Program-made: the position numbers and the translations under genes
The notes under the pieces: generated by a model
Seen by the model: only the letters and a program-made list of their open reading frames with translations
Databases searched by the model: none
What the model was told of the DNA's origin: nothing
Shown: positions 55,086-64,000 of the stretch, piece by piece
Layout: every line of letters begins with the position of its first letter
Numbering within the stretch: position 1 is the stretch's first letter
Assembly (NCBI GenBank): GCA_002269645.1
Contig: NIVC01001019.1
Span: 24,186 to 88,185 of the forward strand
From: Macrostomum lignano
Lineage: Eukaryota
Direction: 5' to 3'
Length of the DNA: 64,000 nt

Positions 55086-55749
55086 CCATAGTCAGGAAGG
55101 TGGCAGTTTGGTCGGAAAATTCCGGCGCACACAAGCCCTTTTTGGGCACACAACGGCGCACAACGGCGCACAGCGGCGCGCCACAACAGCGCACAGCGGC
55201 GCACTGGCGCACAGCGGCGCACAACGGCGCACACCAGAGGACACCGGCGCATGGCGGCGCGGCGCGGCGGGCGCCGCGCCACATGCAGCGTTACCCTTGT
55301 GGCGATCCCATGTAACGATGTAAGTCGTTACTTGTTACAGTACACTATTCACTGTTCTATCTAATGTAACACTGCATTCTACCAAAAAATAAAAAATAAA
55401 ATAAAATATTTTCCTTTTCCTTTTTACCTTTGTTTTTGCCATTTGCTTACTTTTTATGTTTGTTTTGTTTTAAAAATTAGAAATTAAATTAAAAATTCTT
55501 TAAATTTCTATTTTCGGTTTAACGATCTCAATTTCTCATAATATAATATAGATAGCCCGTAACCGTCCCGTATATTGGCGCACAAAAATTGTTGCTATGT
55601 TGTAAAAAAAGGTCTTTTATTGTCGCAAGGCAGGTAGTGGCGGGCGCACAACGGCGCACACGAGGGTTTTTGTGTCGGCGCACGGCGCACAATTTTGGGA
55701 GAGGCCAAAATTTGTTCCGGCGCACACTCTGCCACCTTCCTGACTATGG
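55086..55749. mobile_element. 664-bp non-autonomous hAT-type DNA transposon
   Basis: Perfect 21-bp terminal inverted repeats CCATAGTCAGGAAGGTGGCAG (55086-55106 and 55729-55749); 8-bp duplication AGTGTGCA on both sides; subterminal GCGCACAACG repeats. Confidence 0.88.
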
Positions 55750-56477
55750 AGTGTGCATAGCAAATTGCATGCTGCTATGCAATGCAAGATAATATAGCTT
55801 ATATTTTTGTTTTGCTCTACAACATGGCAGCATAATTTAAAATTTAATTTAGAATATGCTAATTTAAAAAAATTAGCATATGGCGAAATCCAAAAACGTG
55901 GGATAAAACGGTAAAACAAATCTGCGGACATTCGATGGAAAGTAATGTATCTAAAAAGGTTTTTGAAAGATAGATAGGTCTTTAGAAAATAGTTCTGGAT
56001 AAAAACTATTGTTTTCATGCTTTATATTGTTGAATAAATAAGAAAAAACCACAAAAAAGCATTTTGAAAGTCCGAGTTGACCGATTTGCAATTTTTTGTT
56101 TCACTTTTTTTCATTATTAAACAATTAATTTTAAGACTTGTAGGCCTTAGAGAAGGCTAATTTTTTTACTACTTACAAAACAGAAAGTAATCTGTGTTTT
56201 ACTTTTTATTCAATTCAAAAAGATGAAGTATTTCTAAGGATTTCAAAGTTTTTCTAAAACCATATAAACTCGCAAAAATTCATACTAATATAAAGTGCAA
56301 AGTTTGCCAGCAAACATCTTTTTCTAAAAGTAAATATATCGCTAATTCCTTGTTGCAAAATAATCTTTAAGTTGTTTTCTTTCATTTAAATATCAACTTG
56401 CATAGTATTAGTATTTGTAATATGCCTATATTTAGACTTAAAAATTTTGGGTAAAAAATGGTACCACAAAATGTGAA

Positions 56478-57355
56478 CCCGGCATCCAAATCAGATGCTT
56501 ACTGTATGCTCATTAAGCGACGAAGAACAATGAAATTACACTAAAACATGTATCATCGCGGCGTGTATGCAGGAAAAAAAGAATTTTCCAAATCGCTTCA
56601 GTAGAAGCTGAGTAAAATGCAATTTTCCAATCCTTATGGGAATTCCAATGTGTTACCCGGCTTCCAAATCAGATGCTTACTGTATGCTTATTAAGCGACG
56701 AAGAACAATGAAATTACACTAAAACATGTATCATCGCGGCGTGTATGCAGGAAAAAAAGAATTTTCCAAATCGCTTCAGTAGAAGCTGAGTAAAATGCAA
56801 TTTTCCAATCCTTATGGGAATTCCAATGTGTTACCCGGCTTCCAAATCAGATGCTTACTGTATGCTTATTAAGCGACGAAGAACAATGAAATTACACTAA
56901 AACATGTATCATCGCGGCGTGTATGCAGGAAAAAAAGAATTTTCCAAATCGCTTTAGTAGAAGCTGAGTAAAATGCAATTTTCCGATCCTTATGGGAATT
57001 CCAATGTGTTACCCGGCTTCCAAATCAGATGCTTACTGTATGCTTATTAAGCGACGAAGAACAATGAAATTACACTAAAACATGTATCATCGCGGCGTGT
57101 ATGCAGGAAAAAAAGAATTTTCCAAATCGCTTTAGTAGAAGCTGAGTAAAATGCAATTTTCCGATCCTTATGGGAATTCCAATGTGTTACCCGGCTTCCA
57201 AATCAGATGCTTACTGTATGCTTATTAAGCGACGAAGAACAATGAAATTACACTAAAACATGTATCATCGCGGCGTGTATGCAGGAAAAAAAGAATTTTC
57301 CAAATCGCTTTAGTAGAAGCTGAGTAAAATGCAATTTTCCGATCCTTACGGGAAT
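56478..57355. repeat. 178-bp satellite, about 5 near-identical copies
   Basis: Unit starts at 56478, 56656, 56834, 57012 and 57190. Confidence 0.95.
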
Positions 57356-58539
57356 TTGTATGTTTAAATAATAAACTTACGTTGAATACAATTTATTGCA
57401 AACGAACTCTACAAAATACACGTTGTCAAGAGTAACGAAAGTGATAAACAAATAAAACCTTAAAATAATGTTAAATATGTTGTAGAATTATAGAGTGTAA
57501 CATTATAAGATAGTTAAAGTTAATAAAATACATTATTATAGCTTTTCAATCATTTTCATTAGACTCATTTTAGGTCGTAATTAAACTTACCGTTTTAACA
57601 AATCATTTTATTAAAAATAAAGCTATACGAAAATAATTTGTGCTTTAATAGACTTTTTTACTTTTTAAAAACTTGAATAAATTTATTTTATAGCTTTATT
57701 GCTTTCAAATTGCCAAAAAACGAATTTTCATAAAACTTGCCCCCGATTTTTGGATTTCCCCATATTCTTTTTTTATCAAGGTACAGAATATTGAAAAAAG
57801 CTAGGCCTATTTTTAATTTAGCCTTTAGGTGATAAATATATAGGCCTACATTGATTTACACAAACTTCATAAGATCATTTTGAATAGAATATGCAAACTT
57901 CAATATTTGTTGCCACTTCTGCCTGCATTACTTAGTCTTAGATTGGAATATATTATAAGCAGGTTTACATATCTACAGACTAGACTAGCCTACAGTACAG
58001 TGACAATACAAGGTCATTTGTGAAAAGATAGTCATAATGGTTGCTTAAAAGCTATATAAGCTTATAAACTATATAGTATATAATCTACTATAATCTATAC
58101 TATATAATCTATATAGCTATACAATGGGAAAAGCTATAATCTTTCATAATTGACTTCTTTGCAGCAGATACAACTTAGTTTTCGTATAGGCTAGATAGGC
58201 CTAATCGTAGCTTCGAATTAATATAACATATATAATAAGCCATCAAAGAATAGACAATTATCACTGCTCACCGTATCGATAATTTCGCCATAGTCGATGC
58301 AGCAATGTGTAATCAACGTGTAGCAATTAAGTTTCACCAGAAAACGGTGCGAATAATGCAGTCAGGCTCAAGAATGTTTTGTCTGAAAATGCGAAAATTG
58401 GAATTGCGCTTTTACTTACTCATAATTTAGTAATACATTAAAACAAATTATACAGGTATCGAGACTATCTAGTTCGTCACAACAAAATTCAAGTATTAAA
58501 ACTATACAATGCTATTTAAAAAGTTAAGGCTGAGCGCCG

Positions 58540-59860
58540 CCACGCCGTCAACTACCTCGCCATCACGCCGCTGACTCTGCGGTACGATAATCGCGGCTCC
58601 TCGTCGATCTGCGACCTGCGTGTGCGCGATCCGCCCTACCTCCACCGAAGCGACTATCGCAGCGCTACTACTGTGCGCTCAATGACATCCAGGCGCGTCG
58701 CCATTTCGCTAGTGCTTTCGCCAGAGCTCTAGGTAGAGTTGCGGGCGCACAAAGGGCGCACACGGAGGCACACGGAGCACACGGAGGCACTTTACCTCCG
58801 AGCACGGAGCCGCGGTGGAGAAAGTAGTCTTGCTGATGCGACCGGCCCAACGTAGGCAGCCAGGCTGGCAAGAAGACCCTGTGATTCGGCAAGCGAGGGC
58901 AGAGCGCTCCGTCTGGGCAGGCGTCCAACTCGGAGGGAAGCTCTGGGCGGCTGTCTAAACCTATTCTATAGCTGCAGCGGCAACAGGCCGCTGTTAATGA
59001 CGCCATCCAGGCCGTCACCGTAGCTAGAAACGACGCTAAAGCGCGCGCGGCCTTGTCTGCCATCAACGCTCTGACGGGGCGGAAGCGGCGCATTCCGCTC
59101 AATCTGGCTGGCGACACTGCCGATGGGAGCAGAAACGATCAGCTGTGCGAGTTCTTCACCGCCATCGTCAACACAACGCGCCTCCGCCCCCGATGTGAGG
59201 CTGCCGCCGGGGACGCCGCTGCTGGCAGAGGAGAACTTCAATGTAGTCCCTGACTTTGTGATGCTTGGGCGGCAAAGCTGCAGGTCCGGACGAGGTTCCC
59301 ATTATTGATGCGCTGCGACTCCACTGTATGCCAGCGAGGTCGCCAGTATATGATGAACCGCGTGCTTTTCGATGAGGTGGCGCCAACGAATGGCCCACGG
59401 CGCACATCGTCGCTATTCCATAGAAGCCGGGCACCACACGGCTTGAGGAGCACCGAGGTATCTGCGGCCTGTCGTCCTTGCGCTATGAGTAGCTGTTCAA
59501 CCGGATTCATTTACGCTAGTATATCGCGGTTGCAGCACGTGCTGGATCCGTATTTGAGGGAGGCCTGAGCAGCGCGGGTTCCGGCCCTAGTGCGACACAG
59601 TGGCGCAGATCCTGGCTCTTCGCCGAGTCATCGAGAAAGCGCGAACCGCCAGTCGAGCTTGATTGATCTCTTTATTGACTTCAGGAAGGCTTTTTAATTG
59701 AGCTCGGTCGTGAGGGCCGTGCTCCAATGGTGCTTCGTGCGTACAACGTGCCTGTGAAGCTGATTTCCGCCGTCATGTCGCAGTATCATGGCACGTGCGC
59801 TGCTGTGCTGACACTGGACGGCCTGTCGGATTCCTTTGAGACATCCTCTTGGGTGCCATT
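58540..59860 (+). mobile_element. Decayed non-LTR retrotransposon (LINE) fragment, copy A
   Basis: Frameshifted RT-like pieces: RKRRIPLNLAGDT, VLDPYLR...QRGFR...QILALRRVIE, FIDFRKAF, LRAYNVPVKLISAV...FETSS. Confidence 0.7.
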
Positions 59861-60199
59861 AGTTGCAGTCTATTTAAAGTTATTGTATTGTAGTATAGCG
59901 TTTAAATAGCGCGGCCTCCTGGTACCGCCGCCAAGCATGCTAGCGGTGCGTTCCAAGACCTCAACGGAGAGTCGCGCTTCTGTTCCAGCTGACAAGAGCG
60001 GCACACCATCCACATAAAGAACGGCGCCGTGAGCGAAATCGCCATGGTCGACTTGGCGGACGCGAGGGGACGCGAGCGACGGGCCGCAAAGACAGGCCCC
60101 TCCCCACTTGTTGGTGCGGATCCGCTGGATGGCGCCACGGACCATGAGGTTCAAAATCACAGGACCCCAGCCGAACCAAAATGCGCACAACAACAGCTC

Positions 60200-62340
60200 A
60201 GAATTGCTACATGGAACTGCTGAACTCTGCGACCAAAATGGAGACACATCTTAGGGGACCTACAACTTAACATAATTATGCAGGAGCTCTCCATCACGGC
60301 CGAGCCTGGGCTACACCAGGAGCACTTAGGCGGCGGCTGGCTCCTGCAATACACATCAGCAGACTCGAAAGGACGGGGAGGAATTGGCGTTCTAACAGGG
60401 CCAAAGCTTCAGCAAAGTACACGTTTTGAAAGCCTGTAAGAGCTATTGCGCGTCGATACGGAGGCGTAACATGCGGCTCTTCTGTGCCTATGCGCCCACG
60501 GCTGCGCACCCAGTTGAGCACCGGCAGTTTCTGGAGTTCCTGTCAGCACAGCTGGATAAGACCGCTCAACATGACACTTTACTGGGACTCGGAGACCTCA
60601 ACGCCGTTATGCGAAGGTCCGAGCGCGCCCGCTTTGAAACGCCACGCGAAAACAACAATACTAATGCCCTAGTGGCTTTCATGGACCGCCACGATCTGTT
60701 CGCTGTTCAGGAAGCCGCTTCACAGATTGGAAACGTTTGCTGGATGTAAACGGCGACGTCGGAAAGCGTGTGGAAAATTGGTTAAAAAGCGACTCGCACA
60801 GCTTGACCACGTGCTTCTTCGCAAGCGAGAACGACGACAAGTGACAAACTGCGACGCGGTGGCTCCGCTGGCAGTGCGGTCAGACCACAGGCTGCTCTCC
60901 TACGACCTGCGCCTGAGGGACCCGTTATATCGACCACCGAAAAAACAGCCAAAGCGCTACTTCCGCACCCTACGCTACACGGTTTCAAGTGGCCGCTTCT
61001 GCCTGGCCTTTGCCGAGGCGCTGGAAGGACGATCAGACACAACAACCCCAGCCGAGTACCTGAACATCAGTGCCGCCATCCAAGCCGCCGCTACCAAAAC
61101 TCTGCCGGTGGTGATCGAAGCCAGTAGAAAAGAGTCGGCCAGTGTGGCAGGACGACGAAGTGCTGCGGCAGGCCCGGCTGACAGTGAAGAGACTGCAGAG
61201 GAGCGGTCAGCCTGTGGAGAAGGAAGAGGAGACTCTGATGGAGACATTTAAAGCCCGGCAAAGCGCCGCGTAGAGACCGCTATTCAGGAGTTTACAGACG
61301 TCGGTCCCGACAAGAAATCGTGTGCCGTCTGGTCGGTCGTCAATCAGCTGATAGGCTGCAAGAGACGCAACGCTCTGAACTTGGCGGGTGACACGCCCGA
61401 AGAGAGGTGAAACGAGCTGCGGACCTTCTTCTCTGGTATCGTCAACGCACCTCCGCCGCCGCAAAGGGATGACATGTCATTGCCACGGAGACTGCGATGC
61501 CAGAGAGCTCCTTTAACACCAGCCCCATCACCATCGCGGCACAGCGCCGCATTTTGGAGAGGCCCGCATCTACCAGTCGACCATCATCTGCATCTTCGTG
61601 GACTTCCTGAAGGCCTTTGACTTGGTGTCGAGGCGGGTCATCACGAACATCCTGCGCGCGTACGAGTATCACGTACCTGAGCAGCTGGTGACGGCTGTGA
61701 TGGCCCTGTACCAGAAGACTAGGGTGGCAGTTGTAACGCCTTTCTGAGTTTTTCGAAACGTCCTCCGGCGTTCTTTAAGGACACCTTGGCTCCATTTCTG
61801 TTCGTCCTGCTCCTGGACTGGGTACTGCGCACTGGCCTCTCTGACGACTCCAACGGATTTTTGCTCTCTGTCTCAGAACAAGCAGGCGACACCCCGAGAA
61901 GCGACTCTCCGTCCTTGCGTACGCGGATGACCTAGCGCTGCTAGGCAGTCATACGAGCGTATAAACCGTCCTCCTTTACAATGCTAAAATGTGCCCACTG
62001 ACCGGCCCGCAAAAGCGGCAACTCTACACCGCTCACGTTGGACTTCTACGAGCGACGTCTGCTGACTCGTCGAGCCGCTCTCCTGCACTACTCGCCGACC
62101 GCCACCACCAACACCAGCAATGATGAGCTAACCGTCGGGCCCAGCTCTCCGACCTAGCCAGCTGCTGCGCATCCGGCGCCTACAGCTGACTGGCCACGTC
62201 ATCCGAGCAGAGAAGTACTGCCTGAACCACTGCAGGATGTGCTGCTGCTATCCCTTCAAGGGCCGTTGTGGCTTGGTCAGGGTCAGGCGAGAAGTCTGCG
62301 TTTTGTCGACCTGCTTTTTAAGAGACGCTGAGACTTTTGA
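60200..62340 (+). mobile_element. Decayed LINE (RTE-like), copy B: APE endonuclease and RT remnants
   Basis: IATWN, YAPT, GDLNA, QLDHVL...SDH (endonuclease); VDFLKAFD, DTLAPFLF, AYADDLAL (RT); many stops and frameshifts. Confidence 0.85.
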
Positions 62341-62989
62341 TCTGAGCCCCATTCTAGTCGAAAAAACGATTTCGAGAGCCATGCAGTGAGCCAGTTCACA
62401 CGGGTTGGTTGCGTCGGATTATAGCTTAATCCCCTGATTAGCTGATTTCCACCTTCCAAATTCTCCACGAAAATTGTGCCCGAAAAATATACCGATGTTG
62501 TTGTGCGATTCACACCCTTAAAAGCCAACCTCGAAGGCCCAGTGAAGTGTACATGCCTATCGATAAATACAGATAGGGCCGCTGTACACTCCTGTGTGTG
62601 TGCCTGTGTGTATGACTGCGTATGTATCGCGCGCACTATAGTGAACCTGCTTAGGGGAATAGGTGGAATGGGCAGTAATGCCTCTCGCCGGTTGTGTGAC
62701 AATGTCGCCTAAAGTGCACCAGAGTCCCCACAGCCCCCCTGCCACTACAAAAACATGCATGCCTGATGATTAGAAATCCTGGGTCGCTATACACTCTGTG
62801 TGAGGCGTTTGTATGAGTGCATTTTCGCACTTGTATGTTGCTCATGAGTCAGCAGGATTGTCTCAGATCAGCGCTAGTTGGGGACGATGTCACCGAAGGT
62901 GTGTTGCACCAGGGTGCCCATAAGCCTCCAACAAGAGATTCTGTTTCTACTTTAATAATTATTATAATGCCATATCAACGTTTCCATTT

Positions 62990-63680
62990 AATTTAAATTT
63001 ATTTGCATACTGATCAGCTACTGTATGTGATGGCAGCCCTACTCACGAACGTGGTGATGATGAATTTTCACGTCAACAAATAATTTAAATTTATTTGCAT
63101 CTACATGTAGATCAGCTACTCTGAACGTGATGATGATGAATTTCACGTCAACAAATAATTTAAATTTATTTGCATCTACATGTAGATCAGCTACTCGAAC
63201 GTGATGATGATGAATTTCACGTCAACAAAAATTTAAATTTATTTGCATCTACATGTAGATCAGCTACTCTGAACGTGATGATGATGAATTTCACGTCAAC
63301 AAAAAATTTAAATTTATTTGCATCTACATGTAGATCAGCTACTCCGAACGTGATGATGATGAATTTCACGTCAACAAATAATTTAAATTTATTTGCATCT
63401 ACATGTAGATCAGCTACTCTGAACGTGATGATGATGAATTTCACGTCAACAAATAATTTAAATTTATTTGCATCTACATGTAGATCAGCTACTCTGAACG
63501 TGATGATGATGAATTTCACGTCAACAAAAAATTTAAATTTATTTGCATCTACATGTAGATCAGCTACTCCGAACTTGATGATGATGAATTTCACGTCAAC
63601 AAATAATTTAAATTTATTTGCATCTACATGTAGATCAGCTACTCCGAACGTGATGATGAAGAATTTCACGTCAACAAAAT
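62990..63680. repeat. 75-bp tandem repeat, about 9 copies
   Basis: ATTTGCAT recurs at 63093, 63168, 63241, 63316, 63391, 63466, 63541 and 63616. Confidence 0.95.
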
Positions 63681-64000
63681 ACTAGAACAGTTGCAAGACA
63701 AATGGAGGCAATTTTGAGCTTGAATACAGACATCATAATGTATCTGATACCTATGCGCATTAACTCGGTGTTAGCTACAAATAAAGCAACTAATAAAGCG
63801 AACTTCTATTTAGTGAGTCTAGAACTCAGCAATATGGTTATGGAATCAGGCAAAACACAAGGGATATGGCAGATAATTATAAAAACATTGCTATCAGTGC
63901 ATTACAATGTTGACGCGTGGTTTTAATAAGGATCCAACATGCAGACATCGTGCTGATTAGCATTGGCGTAGCTGAAATTCACGCGTTAAGTAAGCCAGCA

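Noticed and set aside
59870-60247. 125-aa minus-strand ORF between the LINE fragments
   Set aside because: Antisense to the LINE 5' region with no recognisable domain.

Overview
Eukaryotic (metazoan) genomic DNA with GC-rich exons, GT-AG introns and a different tandem repeat filling almost every larger intron. This style suggests a flatworm such as Macrostomum, which is inference only. Most long ORFs in the supplied track are repeat artefacts. In order, the window holds: a SINE 3' remnant; an orphan single-exon ORF with one predicted transmembrane segment; a 24-exon phospholipase C-beta gene (2575-32137, about 1261 aa); MsrA; an unnamed coiled-coil gene head-to-head with CCDC83; a tRNA-derived CORE-like SINE; an ornithine decarboxylase antizyme gene; two hAT-type MITEs with 8-bp target-site duplications; satellites; and decayed LINE fragments. 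PLC-beta intron 13 carries an intact, very young Ty3/Gypsy LTR retrotransposon (17147-26287, minus strand). Best leads: (1) the Gypsy Gag-Pol has a cold-shock-like domain directly after its CCHC zinc knuckle, the same domain pair as Lin28 in reverse order, and a primer-binding site that looks like tRNA-Cys; (2) the antizyme has a UUU-UGA +1 frameshift site followed immediately by a well-formed H-type RNA pseudoknot.
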